A stretch of DNA of 21,483 bases from Candidatus Electronema aureum (GTDB lineage Bacteria > Desulfobacterota > Desulfobulbia > Desulfobulbales > Desulfobulbaceae), in contig NQJD01000041.1 of NCBI GenBank assembly GCA_004284765.1, positions 1 through 21,483 of the forward strand. Direction: 5' to 3'. The position numbers were made by a program, and so were the translations under genes. Of the stretch, positions 1 to 7,906 are shown piece by piece. The notes under the pieces are model-generated. The model was not told the DNA's origin and did no database searches. It saw only the letters and a program-made list of their open reading frames with translations. How positions within the stretch are numbered: the stretch's first letter is position 1; every line of letters starts with the position of its first letter.

Positions 1-200
<200 letters not shown>

Positions 201-389
201 CACGGACAACAGTATCTACGATGGTTGCAGCTTACGCAAGAGGTCTCATCAAACGCTCATCCCGGTCTAATAATCTCCTGACAGAGGCCGGGAAAAATGA
301 ACGGGCGGATTCAGCCGCCGCCTTGAACAGAATCCTTTTCTGTGATAGAGTGCTTTCTCCGTTTGCCCATCATCAGACCATCGTGCATA

Positions 390-417
390 GTAGGGGCGGT
401 TCGCGAACCGCCCCTAC
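390..417. repeat. Perfect 28-bp GC-rich palindrome (REP-like hairpin), GTAGGGGCGGTTCGCGAACCGCCCCTAC
   Basis: Read directly: the two 14-nt arms are exact reverse complements with no spacer. It lies in the non-coding gap between the transposase stop and pstB. No T-tract follows, so it is not a canonical intrinsic terminator. Confidence 0.85.
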
Positions 418-508
418 GGTGGGGGCCGTTCAATATCCGGCATTACGCCATCACCGTGCTGCTGCTCAACCTGACGGCGCATTTTATTATTGTGGGAGGA
501 AAAAAGAA

Positions 509-1402
509 ATGACTGCTGCCACGGATGCCGCCGAGCGGCTGCTGCGCCGCGCCGCCGAGGTCGAGGACAGCGAGGATGACGACGACAAGGTGCGGATTGA
601 CGCCTTCCTCCATCATTTCCGGGAGGAAGACAAGGAGGACGAGGCGGCTCCGGCCAAAATCTCCGCCCGCAACCTCAACTTCTATTACGGCAACCAGCAG
701 GCCCTGTTCGAGAACAACTTGGACATTGCCGAGGGCAAGATCACCGCGATCATCGGGCCGTCGGGCTGCGGCAAATCCACGCACATCCGCATCTACAACC
801 GCATCTTCGAGCTGTACGGCAACCAGCGGGCCGAAGGCGAGGTGCTGCTGGACGGCAAGAACCTGCTTGATCCCGGCACCGACCTGATCGAGCTGCGCCG
901 CCGCGTAGGGATGATCTTCCAGAAGCCGACCCCGTTCCCCCTCAGCGTCTTTGAGAACGTCGCCTATGGCCTGCGCCTCCATTTCAAAATGCCCAAGAGC
1001 GAGCTGAATGGCCGGGTGGAATCCGCCCTGAAAAAGGCCGCGCTCTTCGAGGAAGTGAAGGACAAGCTGGACAAGCCGGGTGTCGCCTTGTCCGGCGGCC
1101 AGCAGCAGCGGCTCTGCATTGCCCGCACTATCGCCTTGGAGCCGGAAATCCTGCTCATGGACGAGCCGACTTCCGCTATTGATCCGGTCGCCACCCGCAA
1201 GGTGGAGGAGCTGGCCGAATCGCTCAAGGGCAATTTCACCATCGCTATTGTCACCCACAGTATGCAGCAGGCGGCCCGCATCTCTGATTTCACCGCCTTC
1301 TTCTATAAAGGCCACATCGTCGAATACGGCCTGACCAGAGAGCTGTTCACCAATCCCAAGCAAAAGCAGACGGAAGATTACATCACAGGCCGTTTCGGCT
1401 GA
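509..1402 (+). CDS. pstB: Phosphate ABC transporter ATP-binding protein PstB (297 aa, with an unusual acidic N-terminal extension)
   Basis: Walker [13 protein letters not shown] signature LSGGQQQRL, Walker [14 protein letters not shown] and H-loop VTHSM are all present. PstB-typical blocks are also present: [19 protein letters not shown] and the C-terminal EDYITGRFG. The start is placed at ATG 509, which is preceded by GGGAGGA (494-500). The ORF-track start at 197 is an upstream read-through, not coding. phoU lies downstream. Confidence 0.9.
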   Translation: MTAATDAAERLLRRAAEVEDSEDDDDKVRIDAFLHHFREEDKEDEAAPAKISARNLNFYYGNQQALFENNLDIAEGKITAIIGPSGCGKSTHIRIYNRIFELYGNQRAEGEVLLDGKNLLDPGTDLIELRRRVGMIFQKPTPFPLSVFENVAYGLRLHFKMPKSELNGRVESALKKAALFEEVKDKLDKPGVALSGGQQQRLCIARTIALEPEILLMDEPTSAIDPVATRKVEELAESLKGNFTIAIVTHSMQQAARISDFTAFFYKGHIVEYGLTRELFTNPKQKQTEDYITGRFG

Positions 1403-1414
1403 TGGAGACATGTC

Positions 1415-1852
1415 ATGGCAGAAAGAAAAGCAGTCCTCTTTGTTTGCATTCACAACTCTGCCCGCAGCCAGATGGCCGAAGCCTTTCTCCAGCAGGCAGG
1501 CGGCGGACGCTTCGAGGCGGCCAGCGCAGGCATCGAGGCTGGGCGGCTCAATCCGCTCGCGGTCGAGACCATGCAGGAGATCGGCATTGACATCAGCGGC
1601 AACGCCGTGACCAATGTCTTTGACCTGCTCCGGCAAGGAAAAAAGTTTGACTATGTGATCACGGTCTGCGATGATGCTTCTGGCGAACGCTGCCCGCTGT
1701 TTCCCGGCCAGGCCGAGCGGCTGCACTGGCCCTGCGATGATCCGGCCAAGCTGACCGGCAGTCATGCGGAGCAGCTGGAGCGCATCCGGCAAATCCGGGA
1801 GCAGCTCAGGCAGCGGGTCGCCTGGTTTGTTGAAGAGCGAAGAAAACTATAA
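1415..1852 (+). CDS. arsC: Low-molecular-weight phosphatase family protein, thioredoxin-coupled ArsC-type arsenate reductase-like (145 aa)
   Basis: The N-terminal P-loop VLFVCIHNSARSQMAE (CX5R-S) resembles the Bacillus/Staphylococcus ArsC motif CTGNSCRSQMAEG. The downstream Cys pair VCDDASGERCPLFP and the block HWPCDDPA match the three-cysteine relay of that family. The symbol is tentative, because a protein-tyrosine phosphatase role cannot be excluded. Confidence 0.7.
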   Translation: MAERKAVLFVCIHNSARSQMAEAFLQQAGGGRFEAASAGIEAGRLNPLAVETMQEIGIDISGNAVTNVFDLLRQGKKFDYVITVCDDASGERCPLFPGQAERLHWPCDDPAKLTGSHAEQLERIRQIREQLRQRVAWFVEERRKL

Positions 1853-1885
1853 CATGCCTGCCACGAGCAAGGGAGAGCACACGGC

Positions 1886-2542
1886 ATGATTCTGCATCGG
1901 AAAATTCAGAAGATCAAGAAACGCCTGCTGGCTATCGGCGCGATCGTCGAAGAGCAGGTGGATCTGGCGGTGAAAAGCATCGTCAACCGGGACAGCGAGC
2001 TGGCGCAGAAGGTCATTGACGGCGACGTGGCCATTGACCTGATGGAGGTTGACTTGGAGGAGGAGTGCCTGAAGGTGCTGGCCCTGCATCAGCCCATGGC
2101 CGTTGACCTGCGCATGATCATCGCCGTGCTCAAGATCAACAGCGATCTGGAGCGGATCGGCGACTTGGCCGTGGACGCGACCGAGCGGGCCATCGCCTTG
2201 GTCAATCAGGCACCGATTGATTTCCCGTTCGACTTCACGACCATGTCTCAGGCCGTGCAGAAGATGCTCAAGCAGAGCATCGACGCGCTGATCAATCTCG
2301 ACATGGACTTGGCCATGCAGGTCTGCGCCTCAGACGACGCGGTGGATGCTATGCACGCTGAGGTGTACCGCCGGGTTGAAGAAGCAATTCTCCAGCACCC
2401 TGAAGATATTAAGCAAGAGCTGACCTGCCTAAGCGTGTCCCGTTATTTAGAGCGGATCGCTGATCACACCACCAATATTGCCGAGGATGTTATTTATCTG
2501 ATTCAAGGCAATATTGTCCGGCATCAGGACACGATTTACTGA
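1886..2542 (+). CDS. phoU: Phosphate signalling complex protein PhoU (218 aa)
   Basis: The two PhoU repeats carry the conserved metal-binding helices NSDLERIGDLAVD and SRYLERIADHTTNIAED. The gene lies downstream of pstB. Confidence 0.9.
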   Translation: MILHRKIQKIKKRLLAIGAIVEEQVDLAVKSIVNRDSELAQKVIDGDVAIDLMEVDLEEECLKVLALHQPMAVDLRMIIAVLKINSDLERIGDLAVDATERAIALVNQAPIDFPFDFTTMSQAVQKMLKQSIDALINLDMDLAMQVCASDDAVDAMHAEVYRRVEEAILQHPEDIKQELTCLSVSRYLERIADHTTNIAEDVIYLIQGNIVRHQDTIY

Positions 2543-2551
2543 TCTGTTTAG

Positions 2552-2590
2552 GAGTTCATCTACGGAGGATGAACTCTAATTCATATTTAT
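2552..2590 (+). terminator. Probable intrinsic terminator of the pstB-phoU unit
   Basis: A 9-bp stem GAGTTCATC (2552-2560) / GATGAACTC (2568-2576) encloses a 7-nt loop. It is followed by the T-rich TAATTCATATTTATT and starts 10 nt after the phoU stop. Confidence 0.6.
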
Positions 2591-2607
2591 TCCTGAGAGT
2601 GTAGATC

Positions 2608-4236
2608 ATGAAAAAATCCGTCTTGCTTCCTCTTGCTTTTTTGTGCCTTTTACTACCGAAACACTCCACAGCAGTTCCTGCATACCCTGAACCAGTTGAT
2701 TTCAAACAACCTGATGGAAGCCACGTCAATATCAAAATGTTCGGCGATGAACATTTTAATCGCGTTGAAAGCCTTGATGGTTATACACTTTCGGTGAACA
2801 ACAAAGGATTTTATGAGTATGCAATAAAAAATCAACAAGGAGCCTTAGTTCCCTCTGGCATTGTTGCAAAGAATGCGGTAAGCAGAACCGCAGTTGACAA
2901 CAGCTTACTTGAGAGAACGCCGAAAAATCTTCGGCTTAATCCTGATCAGGTCAATATGCTGAAACAGGTTGAAGCCATCTATGCCACTGAACAGCAACGG
3001 CAGGCATTCCCAACCACAGGGAACCGCAAACTGCTGTGTATTTTGATTGGATTTACTGACCGTTCCTTTACTAAAAGCAAAGCTGATTTTGAAAATCTGT
3101 TCAATCAGATCAAGTATACAACTGATGGGGCAACAGGAAGCGTTAAAGATTACTATTTGGAAAATTCTTGGGGAAAGCTGAACTTGGATGTCACTGCGGC
3201 TGGACCGTACATCGCATCAAACTCTATGGCTTATTACGGTGCAGACAGCGGTGCTTCTAAATTTCCGCGTGCAAGAGACCTTATTAATGAAGCCGTTAAT
3301 GCCGCTGATACTGATGTTAATTATGCTGATTTCGATAATGACAACGATGGTGTAGTTGATGGTGTGTATGTAATCTTTGCAGGGTACGGCCAAGAGGCAG
3401 GAGCTTCAACCGATACTATCTGGTCTCATGCTTGGGCAATCGATCCAGTTGAGCTTGACGGCAAAATAGTTTACAGTTACTCCTGCTCACCCGAACTTCG
3501 GGGAAACTCTGGTGCAGGCATCACCCGCATCGGGGTGATTTGTCATGAATTTGGCCACGTCATGGGTGCGCCTGATTTCTATGATACCGACTATGAGACG
3601 GGAGGTGAGTATGAAGGAACAGGAAGATGGGATTTAATGGCGGGCGGCACATGGAACAACAGTGGTGCCACCCCTGCACATCATAACGGTTTCACCAAAT
3701 CGTACTATTATAAGTGGACTTCAATGATTGAACTCGTTCCTGATCGTGAAGTTTCAATGCCAAAGATTGAAACAAATGAAGCAGTATATTCTTACGCTTC
3801 GCCGACAGCAGGTGAGTACTGGGTCTTGGAGAATCGTCAATTATCAGGATTCGATTCGTCTTTACCTGGGCATGGTTTACTTGTTTACCATGTTGACGAG
3901 AATAATATCATAAAGAACGAATATGATATCAATTCAACGCATCCGCAATACATGTATCCGGTTTGCGCTGGCGCAGCAATGAATCCATCTTCTGATCCCG
4001 CATCTTACGGTACAATCAACAGTGGAATTTGCTCTTTTCCCGGAACTATCGGGAAAACTGCTTTTACATATTCCACTTTCCCCGCAGCAATATCTTGGGC
4101 AGGTCAGCGTTCAAATAAAGCGATAACTGGGATTACCGAGATAGATGGTAGTGTAACCTTTGACTTCAATCTCAGCGAACCACCTCTGCCGAAAAGCAAT
4201 CCTGCGGCAGCAGCAATTATCAAGCTGCTGCTCTAA
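2608..4236 (+). CDS. Secreted M6-family (immune inhibitor A-like) zinc metalloprotease (542 aa)
   Basis: Signal peptide MKKSVLLPLAFLCLLLPKHSTA. The M6 N-terminal block PEPVDFKQPDGSHVNIKMFGDEHFNRVESLDGYT is present, as is the HEXXH zinc site ICHEFGHVMGAPDFYD. GC is visibly lower than in the flanking pst and asnB genes. Confidence 0.8.
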   Translation: MKKSVLLPLAFLCLLLPKHSTAVPAYPEPVDFKQPDGSHVNIKMFGDEHFNRVESLDGYTLSVNNKGFYEYAIKNQQGALVPSGIVAKNAVSRTAVDNSLLERTPKNLRLNPDQVNMLKQVEAIYATEQQRQAFPTTGNRKLLCILIGFTDRSFTKSKADFENLFNQIKYTTDGATGSVKDYYLENSWGKLNLDVTAAGPYIASNSMAYYGADSGASKFPRARDLINEAVNAADTDVNYADFDNDNDGVVDGVYVIFAGYGQEAGASTDTIWSHAWAIDPVELDGKIVYSYSCSPELRGNSGAGITRIGVICHEFGHVMGAPDFYDTDYETGGEYEGTGRWDLMAGGTWNNSGATPAHHNGFTKSYYYKWTSMIELVPDREVSMPKIETNEAVYSYASPTAGEYWVLENRQLSGFDSSLPGHGLLVYHVDENNIIKNEYDINSTHPQYMYPVCAGAAMNPSSDPASYGTINSGICSFPGTIGKTAFTYSTFPAAISWAGQRSNKAITGITEIDGSVTFDFNLSEPPLPKSNPAAAAIIKLLL

Positions 4237-4247
4237 TAATAAAAAAG

Positions 4248-4271
4248 GGGAGCTTCTTGCCGGAAGCTCCC
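4248..4271 (+). terminator. Hairpin just after the M6 protease stop (possible terminator)
   Basis: GGGAGCTTC (4248-4256) / GAAGCTCCC (4263-4271) form a stem with a 6-nt loop. The hairpin is preceded by an A-run and followed only by TT, so it has no proper U-tract on the + strand. Confidence 0.4.
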
Positions 4272-4342
4272 TTAGTACACAGCACCTACCTTGCTTTCCC
4301 TTCCCGCCTCGCAGTAAAAAACAGTCCGTTTACGCAAAACTG

Positions 4343-4372
4343 TTCGCCATTACTGTCGCTGCCTGCTATAAT
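4343..4372 (+). promoter_or_regulatory. Candidate sigma70-type promoter for asnB
   Basis: A perfect TATAAT sits at 4367-4372, 52 nt upstream of the asnB ATG. The -35 is weak: TTCGCC at 4343-4348 with an 18-nt spacer. Confidence 0.3.
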
Positions 4373-4423
4373 TTTTGCAGCGGCACGGAGCCGGTTTTCA
4401 CAACAATCACAACACGAAAGATC

Positions 4424-6292
4424 ATGTGCGGCATCTGCGGTTTCAACTGGAATGACGAGGGCCTGATCAAGGCGATGGCCGAGACCATTGCCCACCGGGG
4501 GCCGAACCAGAAGGGCAGCTTCTGCTGCGACGAGATGTCGCTCGGCTTCCGGCGGCTGTCGATCATTGACCTGAGCGAGCAGGGCCGCCAGCCGATGTTC
4601 AACGAGGACAGCACGCTCTGCCTCGTTTTCAACGGCGAGATCTACAACTTCCAAGAGCTGCGTCCTGAGCTGGAGCAGAAGGGCCACATCTTCCGCAGCG
4701 AGACGGATTCAGAAGTCATCCTCCACGCTTACGAGGAGTGGGGCGACGACTGCGTGCATCGGCTGCGCGGCATGTTCGCCTTTGGCCTCTACGACCAGCG
4801 GCGCAAACGGCTGCTGCTGGCCCGCGACCGCATCGGCATCAAGCCGCTCTATTACTCTTGGCAAAACGGCAAGCTGCGTTTCGCTTCGGAGATCAAGGCC
4901 ATCCTCGCTGATCCGCAGGTGGAGCGGCGCATCAACCAGCAGGCCATGTACGACTACCTCGGCTTTGAGTTTGTGCCTGCGCCGGAAACCATGTTTGCGG
5001 GCATCCACAAACTGCCAGCTGGACACCTGCTGGTCTTGGAGAACGGGCAGATCAACACCCGGCAATACTGGGATTTGCAGTTCCGTCCCGGCCAGAACCG
5101 GCTCTCCTTCCCAGAGGCGGTGGAGCGGATGCGCGAGCTGTTGGATCAGGCGGTTGCCAGCCATTTGGTCAGCGACGTGCCGCTCGGTGTCTTCCTCTCT
5201 GGTGGGCTGGATTCGAGCTGCATTGTCGCCCTGATGCGCAGGCACATCAGCGGGCCGCTCAAAACCTTCACCATCGGCTACAAGGACAAGTCCTACAGCG
5301 AGCTGGACTACGCCCAGATCGTCGCTGACCACTGCCAGACCGAGCACCAGGTGCTGCTGCTCGACAGCCTCAAGCCAGACTACGTGGAGCAGACGCTCTG
5401 GCACCTTGACGAGCCAATGACCGACCTGTCGACGGTGCCGCTTTATCTGCTCTGCAAGCAGGCCAAGGAGCAGGTCACGGTCTGTCTGTCGGGCGAGGGC
5501 GCGGACGAGAGCTTTGCTGGCTATGACCGCTTCAAGGCCAGCCGCATGAATGAGTGGTTCAGCCTGCTGCCGGGTGTTGTGCGCAAACAGGTGGTGGGGA
5601 GAATGGCGGCTCTGCTGCCGGATCAGCCGCAGAAGAAGGGAGCGGTCAACGTGCTCAAGCGCTTCATTGAGGGCGCAAACCTTGACCCGGCAGGCCAGCA
5701 CCTGCGCTGGCAGTATTTCCTCAATGAGTCGCTGGCGGGCAAGCTCTTCAGCAGCGGCTTCCGCAGCGCAATCACGGCTGACCCGTTCCGCCTTGTGCGC
5801 GAACACAACGCCCGCTGCGACGCAGGCAACGACCGCATCAACCGGGAGATTTACTTAGACACCCGCTTCATGATGACCGACTCGGTGTTGATGAAGGTGG
5901 ACCGGATGTCCATGGCCAGCTCGCTGGAAATCCGCGTGCCGCTGCTCGACCACGTGCTGGTGGAGTTCATGGCCTCGCTGCCTGGTGACTGGAAGCTGAA
6001 GGGCATGACCACGAAGTACATCTTCCGCGCCGCGCTGGAAGGACTGCTGCCGGAGAAGATCGTGCACCGGGGCAAGCAGGGCTACAGCCTGCCAGTCAAG
6101 CACCTGCTGCGGGGGGAATTGAAGGGCTACATGATTGAGCTGCTCAATGATTCAGCCGTGATCCGTGAGAACATGAATCTGGCCTACGTCAACCAGCTCA
6201 TCGAGGAGCATTGCAGCCAGCGGCACAACCATAACCACATCCTCTGGGCCTTACTCAATATCGCCATCTGGCATAAGAGGTTCTTCAGGTAA
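4424..6292 (+). CDS. asnB: Asparagine synthase (glutamine-hydrolysing), AsnB family (622 aa)
   Basis: The N-terminal MCGICGF gives the Cys2 nucleophile of class II Ntn amidotransferases. The PP-loop VFLSGGLDSS is present, along with the asparagine-synthase blocks LSGEGADE and MASSLEIRVPLLD. The ORF-track start at 4160 overlaps the protease 3' end and the hairpin, so it is rejected. Confidence 0.85.
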   Translation: MCGICGFNWNDEGLIKAMAETIAHRGPNQKGSFCCDEMSLGFRRLSIIDLSEQGRQPMFNEDSTLCLVFNGEIYNFQELRPELEQKGHIFRSETDSEVILHAYEEWGDDCVHRLRGMFAFGLYDQRRKRLLLARDRIGIKPLYYSWQNGKLRFASEIKAILADPQVERRINQQAMYDYLGFEFVPAPETMFAGIHKLPAGHLLVLENGQINTRQYWDLQFRPGQNRLSFPEAVERMRELLDQAVASHLVSDVPLGVFLSGGLDSSCIVALMRRHISGPLKTFTIGYKDKSYSELDYAQIVADHCQTEHQVLLLDSLKPDYVEQTLWHLDEPMTDLSTVPLYLLCKQAKEQVTVCLSGEGADESFAGYDRFKASRMNEWFSLLPGVVRKQVVGRMAALLPDQPQKKGAVNVLKRFIEGANLDPAGQHLRWQYFLNESLAGKLFSSGFRSAITADPFRLVREHNARCDAGNDRINREIYLDTRFMMTDSVLMKVDRMSMASSLEIRVPLLDHVLVEFMASLPGDWKLKGMTTKYIFRAALEGLLPEKIVHRGKQGYSLPVKHLLRGELKGYMIELLNDSAVIRENMNLAYVNQLIEEHCSQRHNHNHILWALLNIAIWHKRFFR

Positions 6293-6318
6293 ACCATGCA
6301 ACTGATTTGCACAATGCG

Positions 6319-7227
6319 TTACACTTTTTCTATGGTTGATTTGCCGAGTATGCCCGCAGGCCGGAAGATGAGGATCAGCACCAACAGCGAGAAGGCGAAG
6401 ACATCTTCATAATCGCTGGAGACATAACCAGCAGCAAACGCTTCGGTCAAGCCGAGAATAAAGCTACCCAACACTGCACCGGGGATAGAGCCGATGCCGC
6501 CCAGCACCGCAGCGGTGAAGGCCTTAATGCCCGCAATGAAGCCGATAGAGATGTTGATTTGGCCCACATGCGAGGCAATGAGCAGTCCGCCTAGCGCAGC
6601 TAAGGCCGAGCCGATGACAAATGTTGCCGAAATAACTCGATTGATGTCAATGCCGAGCAGCAAGGCCATTGTCTGGTCTTGGGCCGTAGCCCGCATTGCC
6701 CTGCCGAGCATAGTGAATCTGATCAACCAAGTCAAGGCGACCATCACAGCAGCAGTAATCGCCAGAATAACGAGGTCAGTCGAGCCAGTGACGGCAGCCA
6801 AGGCTTCAGGTAGCTCAAAGACCGGAATCAGCTCCGGGAAGGCGAGAAAGTCTGGTGTTTGCGCCAGCAGAACGTAGTTTTGCAGAAAGATCGACATGCC
6901 GATAGCGGAGATCAGTGGCGAAAGTCGGGGCGCAGTTCGCAAAGGCCGGTAGGCTAATCTTTCCACGGTAAAACCGTAGGCACCGGCCCAGACCGTTGCT
7001 GCCAATACCGTGAGGATGAACACTGTCACCGTAGAAAAACCATAAATGGACAGCACACTGGCGACAATGAAAGCAGTAAAGGCACCGATCATGTAAATTT
7101 CGCCGTGAGCGAAATTGATCAGGCCGATGATGCCATAAACCATTGTATAGCCAAGGGCAATCAGCGCATAGATAGAACCACGAGTCAGTCCGCTGAAAAA
7201 AAGTTCAATCAGGTAGTGAGCATCCAT
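6319..7227 (-). CDS. livH: Branched-chain amino acid ABC transporter permease, LivH/BraD family (302 aa)
   Basis: The start GSIYALIALGYTMVYGIIGLINFAHGEIYMIGAF is typical of the family. The protein is a polytopic membrane protein with the LivH-like C-terminal half GIKAFTAAVLGGIGSIPGA. Confidence 0.8.
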   Translation of the reverse strand: MDAHYLIELFFSGLTRGSIYALIALGYTMVYGIIGLINFAHGEIYMIGAFTAFIVASVLSIYGFSTVTVFILTVLAATVWAGAYGFTVERLAYRPLRTAPRLSPLISAIGMSIFLQNYVLLAQTPDFLAFPELIPVFELPEALAAVTGSTDLVILAITAAVMVALTWLIRFTMLGRAMRATAQDQTMALLLGIDINRVISATFVIGSALAALGGLLIASHVGQINISIGFIAGIKAFTAAVLGGIGSIPGAVLGSFILGLTEAFAAGYVSSDYEDVFAFSLLVLILIFRPAGILGKSTIEKV

Positions 7228-7240
7228 TGGTCGTCAGCCT

Positions 7241-7750
7241 TCATTTCTTCTTAAACACCTTCCATAATCCTGTAGAATGGGGCATTATCGGGCGGTAGAT
7301 TTTGTTGACTGCGGAAACCTGTTCTGTCACGTAAAAGGCAGTTGGCTCTATTTCCTGCACCGTATGCAAAATTTCCTTCAAGTCCCGGCGAAGACAAACT
7401 ATATACAGTTCAGCCACTGGACTATATTTACCTTCGCCATGAAAGATAGTGACTGTAAATCCATGATCGCGGACACGATCAGCTATTTCATGAAAATGAT
7501 CTTTGCTGATTACCCGCAGGATTATACTGCCTAAAGCTAACCAGCCCTCAATCTTGATGCCAACCATGTTACCAGTGGCGAAACCAAGGGCGTAAAATAT
7601 ACCAAGCACCGGCGTTGCTTGGATGCGCTGCATGACTGCGGAAATAACAATCAGCCAGATGGCAACCTCAAAGAAGCCAAGCCAAAAAGCCATCCACTTC
7701 CTTCCTTGAACAATGCTGATGGTTCTTACTGTCCCTAAAGAAACATCCAC
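7241..7750 (-). CDS. UPF0316 / DUF2179-family membrane protein (169 aa from GTG 7750; the true start may lie further upstream)
   Basis: The N-terminal membrane part (LGTVRTISIVQGRK plus hydrophobic helices) and the C-terminal soluble domain (GFTVTIFHGEGK....LYIVC.R.....I...V.EI.P.AFY) match my recollection of the UPF0316 family. The in-frame sequence upstream of the GTG encodes the rest of helix 1 but has no ATG/GTG/TTG start. Confidence 0.6.
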   Translation of the reverse strand: MDVSLGTVRTISIVQGRKWMAFWLGFFEVAIWLIVISAVMQRIQATPVLGIFYALGFATGNMVGIKIEGWLALGSIILRVISKDHFHEIADRVRDHGFTVTIFHGEGKYSPVAELYIVCLRRDLKEILHTVQEIEPTAFYVTEQVSAVNKIYRPIMPHSTGLWKVFKKK

Positions 7751-7817
7751 GATTCGAGATAGGAAAATAATCAGGCCGGTTGCGGCAATGGTGAGATTGA
7801 ATTCAAAAACAGGGATG

Positions 7818-7845
7818 ATTATACTAGACCTCTTGCATAAGTAAA
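7818..7845 (-). promoter_or_regulatory. Candidate sigma70-type promoter (minus strand) upstream of the UPF0316-livH pair
   Basis: On the minus strand, TTTACT (7845-7840), a 16-nt spacer, then a perfect TATAAT (7823-7818). Confidence 0.35.
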
Positions 7846-7906
7846 ATTTATATGCTAACGCATGGTGAATGAAATACGAAACAGTGCATAGCCTCAGCGA
7901 GGAATA

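Noticed and set aside
443-1792. A 449-aa minus-strand ORF antisense to pstB and the ArsC-like gene
   Set aside because: It spans two well-supported plus-strand genes and their intergenic gap, is Ala/Leu/Gly/Arg-rich, and has no recognisable motifs. Long open antisense frames are expected in high-GC coding DNA.
4160-4423. The upstream extension of the asnB ORF
   Set aside because: It overlaps the protease 3' end and the hairpin. AsnB-family enzymes must begin Met-Cys, and that Met-Cys start is at 4424.
4709-5806. A 365-aa minus-strand ORF antisense to asnB (and the other nested ORFs between 4286 and 6103)
   Set aside because: The same high-GC antisense artefact applies. asnB on the plus strand has unambiguous catalytic motifs.
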